Assembly (NCBI GenBank): GCA_000004985.1
Contig: GG738847.1
Source of the DNA: Naegleria gruberi
Lineage: Eukaryota
DNA length: 64,000 nucleotides
Strand: one strand, 5' to 3'
Shown here: positions 1 to 10,051 of the stretch, in pieces
How positions within the stretch are numbered: position 1 is the first letter of the stretch
Layout of the letters: each line of letters starts with the position of its first letter
Position numbers and translations under genes: made by a program
The notes under the pieces: model-generated
The model's input: only the letters and a program-made list of their open reading frames with translations
Told to the model about the DNA's origin: nothing
Databases searched by the model: none

Positions 1-6
1 TTTCAA

Positions 7-3000
7 ATGTTCTCTCTATATATTGTCATTTTCCTCTCTCTGTTGGCTACTGTTGTAGGATCGGTTCTTGCCTACTTCCTCTCGTTCAATATTGCTGGTG
101 AAATACCAATGCAGTTCGATACTTGTAGAAGTACCATGTCAACCGCTGGTATTTTACGTCAACTAAGAATGCATCAATCCTCTTTACAAGTTTACAATTC
201 TAGTTACAAAACCACTTCGACACTTGATATGTTTCACAATGACTTTATGGATAATCATGATATCAGACTGGAGAATTACATCAACATGTTGAAGAGAATA
301 CCTTACTATGCTCAAGCTGCACTCTATACACCAGCCATGTACGAATTCTACACCAAGGATAATATTTCCGTGGTGGTACCATTCATTCCAGAAACATCAA
401 CTGTACAAAATTTCATTTCAAGCTTTAAGAGAAATGCCTCAATGGAAGAAATTAACAATATCATTATTAGAATCTCTGAGAATATTCTTAATAATTGGCA
501 AGACAAAGATTACAATACTCCACTTTCTAACTTCGAATTCATGTACATGTGGCAAAATAAGATTCCTTTAGGAGGTTTCTACACTACCTTTTGTGAAAGT
601 TTGATTAATGCCAACTATAGTGATAGTAGTTCAAAACTTCAAGCCATGATGATTTGTTTGCTGAGTATTTGCTTTACCTATTTTGCTCTCTTCGTTGTAT
701 TTTGTGGGCTGTCAAGATTGGAACTTACTTCCACTGAGAGAATTCTCAAACTCTATGAAAAAGTTTTAAATAAGAACGTCATTGGTAAGGCCTATCATGA
801 TTTGGGAAGCAATGATGATGCAACTATCCACCTCTCAAAGAATATCTTTCTCATTCCAAAGAATTTCATCCCACTATTCGGATTTGTTTGTGTTGTTCTA
901 GTATTTTTGAGTTTTGGTATGATGTACTATGAAACCAGTGTCAATGTTAACAATACTCATGTTTCTGGCTCAGCCATCAAGGATGGTACTGCACTTATCA
1001 GAGTTGTTCACAGAATGGTCTATAGAGTGAGTGAATACTTTACCTATTTCAGTTTGCCTTCAGGTCTTCCAAATAATGATCCACTATTAACCACTCAGAC
1101 AGAATTGATTGGTTATAGAGCTAACGTAAAGGCATATCTTACTGAATTGAACAACCGATTCAATATGCTTGTCTATGGTTATGGTGGTAAACAAGAAGTT
1201 GTTGGAACCTATGAAAAAGTAGATCAACTTTTGAAAGGAGTTGCAAATTGCTCTCATTCTTACCCAAATGCGACATTCATTGAAGAGTTCCAACACTGCT
1301 ACGGTATTGAGAAGATGATTTCCATATTTGCCTCTGATACAGCTCAATTGAACGAAAGATTTTGGAATGCTGGATTCTACAATCGAACCATTGAGGCCTA
1401 TACTCTGTTGTTCAAGCTCTTTGCTATGGGTGATAAACTCTCAGACCAGATGAACATATTCATGACAACATTTGTCCAATATGCCTCCACACCAAGTGTA
1501 ACTATTATTTCAGTCTTTACCATATTTAGTCTACTTTCCTTACTATTGCTCAATTATCAATTGTACTTATCAATGGTGTCTCACTTTAGCCACGTTCAAT
1601 CTTTAAGATCAATGCTAAATTATATCCCTCTCAATATTCTTGATAGTAATGAGCATTTGAGAAACTTTATCTTGTATAATTCTGTACCAAATGGATTGGT
1701 TGAACTCTTCCAAAGAAAGAACAAGAAACAAAATAGTGGCGACTCATCTAATGTGAGAAGTATTCTTAATGCCTCTGTAGATGGTTCCATCTTGTGTAAT
1801 GAATCTGGTTTGATTGACTTGATAAATCCTGCAGCCCAAAGAATGTTTGGTTATAAACAATCTGATATTGTAGGTGCTCAAGTATTCACAATGTTCGAAA
1901 AGAAGGATAGAGAATTACTGGAAAAGACTGTTGCCGATCTCAAAGCACAAGCCAAAGGAAATGGAGAAGCCAATGCTGGTGAGTCCTTAGAATTGGAATG
2001 TGTAAGAAGAAATCAAACAACCTTTCCATCCTCTGTGAACATCTTTGTGGCTCTCTTTGATGGTATTCCAGTTTTGGCATTCATCATTAAGGATGTAACA
2101 CAAGAAAAGAAGCACAATGCATTATTGGCTGAAGAAAAATCCAAATCCGAACATTTGTTGAGAAACATCTTACCTGAAGCTGTTGCAGCCAAGTTGAAAG
2201 CAGGAGAGACATTCATTGCCGAAAAGTTTGGAGACATTACATGTTTCTTCTCCGACATGGTGGGATTTACAAGTTTGAGTTCAGATATGAATCCTACTGA
2301 ACTGGTAGGCATGTTGAATAATATTGTTAATGGATTTGATGCCTTGACTGATAAATATCATTTGGAGAAGATTAAGACCATTGGTGACGCATATTTTGTA
2401 AGTAATTTTCACATTTCTTAACCATTCAAACATTTTTCTTCCTGTATTATGCAAAAATCTTTAAAAGGCTGTTGGTGGACTGCACGCAAATGCTACTTCT
2501 GACCATCCGGAAAGAACTCTTCGATTTGCAATAGACACTTTCACTGTTATTCATGATTACAATATTACAGCCATGAACCCAATTTCTAAACAAATTAATA
2601 TTCGTATTGGTCTCAATACTGGTGGTGTGAGTAAGTAGCAGTATTAATTATTTAGTCATCCTAATAATATATTTCCTAAATTCTTAAATTGAATTGCATT
2701 TTCACACACGTGAATTAATTTGTTTTCAACAGTTGCTGGTGTCATTGGTACGAAGAAATTTGCCTATGATTTGTGGGGAGATACCATTAATACAGCCTCT
2801 AGAATGGAATCTACTTCAAAACCAGGTCGTATTCAAGTCAGTCGATCCACCTATGAAAGAGTTTACGATTTAGGATTTGATTTTGAAGAAAGAAAAGTAG
2901 AAGTGAAAGGAAAGGGATTATGCAATACCTATCTACTCAATTCAAGACATCACACGAATGCAGTGATTGAAAATGATGAACCATCAAATATACAAATATT

Positions 3001-3148
3001 AGAATTTAAATCTCATGAATCCCATGATCACTATCAATCAAAAGTAAAAACAGCCCACTCCATAGCTACAATTGAAGAAATCAAGACAAAACCTCCAACA
3101 CCAACTACAGAAGATTTGAAAAGAGCTTCATCAGTACAACAAATGTAA
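7..3148 (+). CDS. Receptor-type class III adenylyl/guanylyl cyclase with N-terminal TM segments and a PAS domain. Three exons: 7..2397, 2468..2630, 2733..3148. May be 5' truncated by the window edge.
   Basis: N-terminal hydrophobic helix, multiple TM helices, PAS-like segment (SILCNESGLIDLINPAAQRMFGYKQSD). The cyclase catalytic motifs FSDMVGFTSL and KIKTIGDAYF continue across two introns (gtaagt at 2398 to ag at 2467; gtaagt at 2631 to ag at 2732). This gives ...GDAYFAVGGLHANATSDHPERTLRFAIDTF...[35 protein letters not shown], the classic class III cyclase signature. Confidence 0.8.
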
Positions 3149-3652
3149 AACTTCTTGGTTCATATTGAACAAAGCCAATAATGAGCATACTGGCTCGGTT
3201 TATCATGGTGGATTTCATTGTGGTTTTTTTTGGTTGAAGATTAGCATTTTGAGTTAGGCACTCCCATTAAATGTCAAACATCTTCTAATCATGAAATAAG
3301 CGATGGCTCTTCAGTAAATTCTACTCGCAACTTGCCCCACCATTGAATACTGTGAAAAAAAAACAAATCAAAAGATCAATAGTTGACTGGCTAATATAAA
3401 TACAATACACCCTTCAAATTCTTCAGACTCACCACTAATTAAATTGCATCAACAAGGAACAATTTGTTCTAAGATTCCCAACAAGTTGTTACCTGCCAAG
3501 AATATTTTTATCAACCAAACAACTGCCAAACATCAACAATCAAAAAAGAAAGCGGCCAACCAACCTTTCTTCTCATCATCTTTTTGTCATCCAACTCAAC
3601 TGCTCCACCATCAAATCAAACTCCACCATCAATATAACACTTCTCATCAAGA

Positions 3653-6409
3653 ATGGTCAAGAAACTCTTTGGCATCTCCTCCAACACTTCCAGCCACCAA
3701 CAAAACGTTCATCAACCGGCCACCACCTTCATGGTCGTTGATGATCCCTCCGTTTTGCAAGGTTTCTACAATGAACAACAACAAAATCAACAACACCACA
3801 ACGCCCTCCTCAATAATAGTACAAACAATGCCGCCTTTTTTAATACCACAGGACTCTCACAGCAACAACAACAGCAATTTCTTATTAATCAGTTCGCATC
3901 TGCTGCGTCATCAGTATCTTCTTCTTCTTCTGTTGGTGGTGGTGGAGGAGTTGGAGGAGGCTTCTCATCAAGCCTTCCGAATAATAATAACATGATGAAT
4001 ACAAGTAATAATACAAATAATAATAACTTTTCATCATTTGGTATTGGCAATAACGGTAACATTTTCATCACTAGTAATAATAATAATAATATGAATAATA
4101 ATATGAATAATAACATGATGATTAGCAATATGAATAATAATATGAATAACAATAATAATAACGTCAATAACTTTATGATGCAAACATCGTCATCATACAA
4201 TACTAATAATAATAACAATATCTTTCGTTTAGATGACAATAACAATTCACGTGCGTTCCTATTCGGCCAAGGTTCTTCATCCACTTCAACTTCCAATAAT
4301 AATAATGGTTTTATTGTAAATAATGTTAATACTAACAATAATAATACAAATATAAATACAAATACAAATACTACTACTCAACAATCACAACAACAACCAC
4401 CACAACAACTTGTAAATATCGTTCTAAATAATAATGGTGTATCTAAATATGCTCCGGTTATCAAGTGGTCAGTGGCTCCTAGTACAGCTTATTCATTTTC
4501 CAATAATCAATCAACTGCCAATATGATTAGTAATGAAGCTGACAATATCATGAGTCAAACATTGATTGATCCAGTATTTGGACCAGATGACTGCAAAATT
4601 TCTAAAGGAAACTTCTTAACTAATACGAAACTGTTTTGTCTATCTGAACAAACTTTGAGAGATTTTCAATATTTGAGACCAAGTGTTCAAACTGATAACT
4701 TGTATCACTTGGCAGAGATGGAAAATGAGAGTTCTTGGCTTCCAAATGATAGAATTGCACCAAAGAAAACTACTCATAATTGTCTAGTTAATGATTGGTT
4801 GGTTTTCTGTAGTCAAGATCCTCAATTATTGAAATTAGTTGGAAGATACATCAATGGAGCATCTAATACTGATGTTCAATTGTTTGCTGACTTTGTTCTA
4901 GTCACTAGTAATAATCACGATGAGGATAGTAGAGAATCTTTATTTGGAAAACAAAGATTCAAGGGAGGAATTCCATTACAAATGAAATTGGTCAGAAATT
5001 CTGCAAATAATGCAAATATGACACCACTCTTGTATTTTGAAAAGAGGATTAACAGAGAATCAGTTAATAATAAGGATGCACCAAGTGCAAGTGGAATGGG
5101 AGGCAAACGTGTTGCCCAACTTCGTATCTATTTGAAAGATAGTAATCAAGAGATTTGTTTGGTGCACTCTGAAGGTTTTTGGGTGAGAACCAAGAGCAGA
5201 GAGGAGATTCATAGAACTAGTCCAAGAGAACTTCAAGTTCAAGCTCCACCACAAGAAACAACTCAAAAGAAGAAGAGACATGCATTCTATGGCCTCTTCC
5301 AAGGTAATGGTGGCAGAGGAGTGAAGAGAGAGCAAAATGCAATTGTTGTCGAGACTCCTACTAGAGTTTTCATGGATCACCAAGGTAATTTCACCCAAGG
5401 TCTTACTGAAATTGTTTCAGCTCAACAATTCCAACAACAAGATTTGAGTCAAATGAGCAATAGTGCTAGCAGTTACGGATCCAACTCTTACTTGAGCAAT
5501 AGTGGTGGCTTTGTACTTCAAGGAGTTTCACCAATTTCCAATCAAATCCAAATGCAAAATAATGGAAATGAATCTGAAGTCTCCTCATTGAGTTCAACAC
5601 CAAATAATGCCAGTAACTTGTCCGTATCTCAACACAGTTTATCAACCAATGATATTGCAGAAATTTTAAGAGGATTGTCAATTTCCCTTCCAAACAATCA
5701 AGGAGGAGGTGGAGGAGGCCATCATTCTCGTAATTCTTCCTTCACATCACCAAACGGATTGGCAAGCAGTTGTAGTTCAACATCCAGCACTTCATATCTT
5801 CAAATCAATAACAATAATAATTCATCTGATATGGGACTAAATTTCCAATCACTTATTGAACCACAAGGGAGTGAATCTATTGACACTACCATTAACAAGT
5901 TGGATGCAGCCATTAACTTCTTCTCAACCATGAAAGATGCTTATATGAAGCTTAAGAATAATCAAACTTCGGATATGCCAAACATGGGAGAATTGTATGC
6001 TCAATTCAGCTCTTCATTACAAGATAAGAGAAAAGACAAGGGATTCAAGAGAGTGAGACAAGGAAATGAATCAGGAGCTGTTTCTCCACAATCCAATCAC
6101 TCTGGAAAGAGTTTGACGGTTCCTTTCAGAACAACATCAACCTCAGCTCCTAACACTTCCGCTCTTAACATGAATGGTTCAAGTCCACTAGTCAACAATG
6201 TCATTTCAAATGTTGGCTATAACCCAAGCGCCTCTTTCAGTGGTAATGGTAATAACAATAATGTTATTAATATGCCATTCCAAAATACTACCTTCATCGC
6301 CCATCCTTCAATCAACAACTTGCCAATGAAGAATTTTGATGGAGATTTGCCACATACACTGTTCAACAGTGCTGATACAGATGCCACCCAAGATATTTTC
6401 AACATGTAA
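3653..6409 (+). CDS. Asn/Gln/Ser-rich low-complexity protein of 918 aa with a central non-repetitive domain, possibly a DNA-binding or regulatory protein.
   Basis: Single long ORF. Long poly-N/poly-Q tracts are encoded by AAT/CAA runs. The central region (PVIKWSVAPS...RIYLKDSNQEICLVHSEGFWVRTKS) is of normal complexity. No family could be recognised by eye. Confidence 0.55.
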   Translation: MVKKLFGISSNTSSHQQNVHQPATTFMVVDDPSVLQGFYNEQQQNQQHHNALLNNSTNNAAFFNTTGLSQQQQQQFLINQFASAASSVSSSSSVGGGGGVGGGFSSSLPNNNNMMNTSNNTNNNNFSSFGIGNNGNIFITSNNNNNMNNNMNNNMMISNMNNNMNNNNNNVNNFMMQTSSSYNTNNNNNIFRLDDNNNSRAFLFGQGSSSTSTSNNNNGFIVNNVNTNNNNTNINTNTNTTTQQSQQQPPQQLVNIVLNNNGVSKYAPVIKWSVAPSTAYSFSNNQSTANMISNEADNIMSQTLIDPVFGPDDCKISKGNFLTNTKLFCLSEQTLRDFQYLRPSVQTDNLYHLAEMENESSWLPNDRIAPKKTTHNCLVNDWLVFCSQDPQLLKLVGRYINGASNTDVQLFADFVLVTSNNHDEDSRESLFGKQRFKGGIPLQMKLVRNSANNANMTPLLYFEKRINRESVNNKDAPSASGMGGKRVAQLRIYLKDSNQEICLVHSEGFWVRTKSREEIHRTSPRELQVQAPPQETTQKKKRHAFYGLFQGNGGRGVKREQNAIVVETPTRVFMDHQGNFTQGLTEIVSAQQFQQQDLSQMSNSASSYGSNSYLSNSGGFVLQGVSPISNQIQMQNNGNESEVSSLSSTPNNASNLSVSQHSLSTNDIAEILRGLSISLPNNQGGGGGGHHSRNSSFTSPNGLASSCSSTSSTSYLQINNNNNSSDMGLNFQSLIEPQGSESIDTTINKLDAAINFFSTMKDAYMKLKNNQTSDMPNMGELYAQFSSSLQDKRKDKGFKRVRQGNESGAVSPQSNHSGKSLTVPFRTTSTSAPNTSALNMNGSSPLVNNVISNVGYNPSASFSGNGNNNNVINMPFQNTTFIAHPSINNLPMKNFDGDLPHTLFNSADTDATQDIFNM
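3780..4400 (+). repeat. AAT/CAA codon microsatellite-like runs encoding poly-Asn/poly-Gln.
   Basis: Runs of aataataat and caacaacaa within the coding sequence. Confidence 0.7.
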
Positions 6410-6465
6410 TTTTGAAAATATTTCATAATTACCTAAGATTTTATACAACTAAATAAATTTATTTA

Positions 6466-7015
6466 TTATACACTAAACCAATTGAGGCACATTATGAATT
6501 CTCTAAAGTTGATCTTTGCATCCCCATCTTTATCTAAGCTCTTGATTAATTCTTCAAATGGATCAAGATCTTCGTATTTAGTGCAGAGTTTTTCATGGAA
6601 TACTTTGAATTCGTCCAAACTTAGCTTTTTGCTGTTATCCTTATCGAATGTTTTGAATAATTTACAAGCAGTCACAAGAAGTTTGAGATTCTCTCCTCTG
6701 AGAATTGATTTTCTTGTTGCAAGTGCTTCCCAACAATGTAAAAACTCATCAAAACCAATTGTCAAACTTCCATCATTATCCAAGTAGAGATAGATTGCTT
6801 CCAATTCTTCGTTATTGAAATTAAAACCAAGATCTGTAAATAAATTGGATGCTTCCTTCAAATCAATTTCATTATTTCCATTCTGTTTATACAATGAATA
6901 TCTTGTATTAGGTTCCAAGTTAAACAACTAAACCTACCGAATCGTATTTACTGAATAGACTCTTTATTACGTCCTTTTCCTCATCAGAGATGCTTCTTGC
7001 TTCTGTTGTAGTCAT
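6466..7015 (-). CDS. EF-hand calcium-binding protein with two exons: 6938..7015 and 6466..6882. Paralog of the gene at 9333..9956.
   Basis: Exon 1 encodes MTTTEARSISDEEKDVIKSLFSKYDS. A 55-nt intron (GTAGGT...AAACAG) follows, then exon 2 begins NGNNEIDLKEASNLFTDLGFNF with EF-hand-like loops (DKDNSKKLSLDEF, DKDGDAKINFREF). The intron sits at the same position as in the paralog. Confidence 0.7.
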
Positions 7016-7150
7016 TGTAGTTGTAATTTTTCTTAGTTTTGAAATGTTTTGAAAGTAGGTAAGATACGAGAGAAATATGAAATCCCAACAAATCTCCATC
7101 ATTTTCAATACTTTTCATTGTAAATTATTGTAATAGAAACCATGAAAGAT

Positions 7151-9055
7151 TCAATAACCTGTAAGATGTATCTTGAATTTGTGAAGCACTTCTGGATCAA
7201 CTCCAAGTTCATTCAATTCCGTCAATATACTCTCACTATCGAGTTTTTTCAACTTGATTTGTTCCTTCAAATAAACTAGTGTTTGTCTTTCCCATTCAGC
7301 TTTTAGCTTTGCACTTCCAATGACGTGAGCTAGTTTGTACAATTGATACATATCGGCATCCTCTTGTGAGACATTGTATGAAATAAAGTTCTCACATATT
7401 CTGGCAAGTTTTTGCAGATTGAACAAGTGAGAAATACTCCACAAATCAATGACATTCTGCTTTGTTGGTTGAATGGATTCAGAATAGAGATAACGAACAA
7501 CCTGCTCAAATATTTCCAGATTGTTGCATTGCTCAATGGTAATTAGAGGAATTTCATTGTTTGCTTCCTGCTTTCTAAATTCTTGCCCATCAGAAAATTC
7601 ACAATTTACAATCACATCAAAGAAGATGCTTCTATCCATCAAAAATTGCTTATTACAAAGATACCTTGGAGTTGTTTCTGTTGGATTTTCTGACTTGAAA
7701 GTGATAGCCATATTGAAGGTAAGTTTCTTTAGAGAATTCAAAGAGGATTCCTTCTCATTGTTAGGATCTTTACAAAGTGGAAGAGGATTGAACTCTTCTT
7801 TGATTTGATCATTCATAATTTTAAAAAACTCTTGTTCCATAGTTTTTATAACTTGGCAAGGGAATTTAGTGCCTTGTGGAGCAAAACTAAGGAATGTATT
7901 CTTGATATGCTCTGCCAAAGTTCTTATTCGTAGAGAGTGAGCAACTTGTGCCAATTCGTTAATGCAAGTGACAAAATTCTCTTCAAGGAAAAAGATTTTG
8001 GAATTCTTTTGCTGCATATTAACCATCTTTCCACAATACAACCATACAAGTACAATTTCAAACATTCTTCTCTCAAATGGTACGAGACCAAAATCAATAA
8101 TGGTGAAAAATTCCTTATTAAATTGCTCTAGATTTTTTTCCTTTGCCAATTCTTGATCCACCTCTTGTGTTGTTGGAATTGTGGAATATTTGAATTTTTC
8201 CTTTACATCTTTCTGTTCAATTTTCAAACGAGGTACCTTTTTTCCATATCTTGATGAGTTCTTATTTTTACTGAGTGTATCCAACTCTGTGGCTGTCAAA
8301 TTAAAAGGATATAAATCCATGTCAGAGTGTGTTAATGATTTCTTTAACTCTTCTGTAATTAGACTTGTTCTTTTCTTATTCTGACCTGCCTTTTGTTGCA
8401 ATCCAAACAATACTAATTGAGGCCACCTTGAAAGGAGTATCCACTTTGAACACTTGTACTCTGCAACAGATTTACTACCCTTAAAAGTCATTCTCAATAG
8501 AATGTCATCTTTAGGATTTTCTGTTTCTTGAAGGAAAGATTCCAAAGTAACAAGTGAACTTTCCTCTTCCAATCTCTTTTTAAACGAAGTCTCTTGTTCC
8601 GCAATACTCTTCATGGCATACGACTTCATCAAGTACTCCAAATCATCGTCATGATCTACCTCATCAGAGCCACCACCTGTTGATCGATGAGATTTGTAAT
8701 TATTGTACAATTTTAACATTCTTCTAACTTCCAATGACAAGGCATTCAGGAAACATCTTCCAAACCTATCATCACGATGACCCAAATCACTCAAATATCT
8801 GACCACATTCAATTGGCCACACAAACAAGCATAATACAACATTGAATTTCCATGGCTATCCATAAAATTCTTAGGATCACGAATTGTCGGCAGCAAAGTC
8901 TTGATTCTATTCAAATTTCCAACTTTACACATTGAGAATATTTCATGATTTTGCGAGTGATTATTGGTTGATTTGCGTTCCTTTGGCAAGAGATTTAATA
9001 TTTCTTCATCTTCATCTTTTCCCGAAGTTTGTTCTTGTTGTTGTGATGGAATCAT
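7151..9055 (-). CDS. Ankyrin-repeat plus BTB/POZ domain protein, 634 aa.
   Basis: Ankyrin-like N-terminus (HGNSMLYYACLCGQLNVVRYLSDLGH). C-terminal BTB-like block (FDVIVNCEFSDGQEFRKQEANNEIPLITIEQCNNLEIFEQVVRYLY). Single exon. Confidence 0.75.
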   Translation of the reverse strand: MIPSQQQEQTSGKDEDEEILNLLPKERKSTNNHSQNHEIFSMCKVGNLNRIKTLLPTIRDPKNFMDSHGNSMLYYACLCGQLNVVRYLSDLGHRDDRFGRCFLNALSLEVRRMLKLYNNYKSHRSTGGGSDEVDHDDDLEYLMKSYAMKSIAEQETSFKKRLEEESSLVTLESFLQETENPKDDILLRMTFKGSKSVAEYKCSKWILLSRWPQLVLFGLQQKAGQNKKRTSLITEELKKSLTHSDMDLYPFNLTATELDTLSKNKNSSRYGKKVPRLKIEQKDVKEKFKYSTIPTTQEVDQELAKEKNLEQFNKEFFTIIDFGLVPFERRMFEIVLVWLYCGKMVNMQQKNSKIFFLEENFVTCINELAQVAHSLRIRTLAEHIKNTFLSFAPQGTKFPCQVIKTMEQEFFKIMNDQIKEEFNPLPLCKDPNNEKESSLNSLKKLTFNMAITFKSENPTETTPRYLCNKQFLMDRSIFFDVIVNCEFSDGQEFRKQEANNEIPLITIEQCNNLEIFEQVVRYLYSESIQPTKQNVIDLWSISHLFNLQKLARICENFISYNVSQEDADMYQLYKLAHVIGSAKLKAEWERQTLVYLKEQIKLKKLDSESILTELNELGVDPEVLHKFKIHLTGY

Positions 9056-9332
9056 TTTTTATGATGATTTATTATTATTAAATAACTCGATTTTGATATC
9101 AAACTAGCCGTAGAGTTCATCCTTGTTCATGTTCTTTCCTCATCTTCAGAATTGATTTGTGAGGTTAAAATTTTAATTTGTAAATTGAATATTTTTTTTT
9201 AAAATTAAAAATTGAAATAAAATTTGGGCGGGAAAATTTTAATATCTCTAAAAAGTTCATTGGTTAAATAAGAGAAAACGTAAACGAATATTCTAATTTG
9301 ATGCCAAATGTCAAACAATCAAAAAAAATAAC

Positions 9333-9956
9333 ATGACATCTATCGTAAAATGTACTGATACTATGGTTATCAAGAGTTTATTTCAAAAGTATGACAAGGT
9401 GAGTTTCGAATATTTATTAAATATTAAATACAAGATATTGTATCAAAAATATACATTCTCCGATCATTAATTTTCATCCTTTAATACTCTAATGACAAAA
9501 TGACATTATTCGAAACTAAACTAAATACAAAAGAATGGGAATGGTCAAATGGGAACTGATGAATTAGGTGATATCCTTCGTGATTTGGGTTTTGATTTTT
9601 CTACTGTTGAAGTTGAAGCTTTACAAATGTATTTGGATAAGAATAATGACGGAGTTTTATCATTTGAAGAATTTTACGAATATTGGGTAAAGATTGCATC
9701 AACAAATGAACTTTCCATGATCCAAAAGAGAGTTGACTTGTTAACTGAAGCTGCAAGTTCATTTAAAGTATACGATACTAATGGAAATCATGTTTTATGT
9801 TTGGATGAATTTGAGAAATTCTACAGAGCACTTTATACTCAACGTGCTGGTGCATCCATGGCAGAAATTGAACAATGTTTGAAGAGTTTGGATTTGGATA
9901 CTAATGGTGTGATTAGTTTCCAAGAATTTATTATTTGGTTGAATTGGCTTCAATAA
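9333..9956 (+). CDS. EF-hand calcium-binding protein with two exons: 9333..9398 and 9534..9956. Paralog of 6466..7015.
   Basis: Exon 1 encodes MTSIVKCTDTMVIKSLFQKYDK. Intron runs gtgagt at 9399 to aaaag at 9533. Exon 2 begins NGNGQMGTDELGDILRDLGFDF and carries EF-hand loops (DKNNDGVLSFEEF, DLDTNGVISFQEF). Confidence 0.7.
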
Positions 9957-10051
9957 ATATTAATGAAATTTATTGCCCTATTTCACAATGCAATTGACCA
10001 ATCCAATAGTGAATCATTTGGCTTATTTTCTGCTTGATAAATGAATTCGGG

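Noticed and set aside
3444-3995. 183-aa plus-strand ORF overlapping the start of the N/Q-rich gene in another frame
   Set aside because: Low-complexity read-through of the same codon repeats. The 3653 frame is far longer and contains the structured domain.
3889-4338. 149-aa minus-strand ORF rich in Leu/Ile antisense to the N/Q-rich gene
   Set aside because: It is the reverse-complement reading of AAT/CAA codon runs (ATT/TTG), has no independent signal and lies entirely inside a better-supported sense gene.
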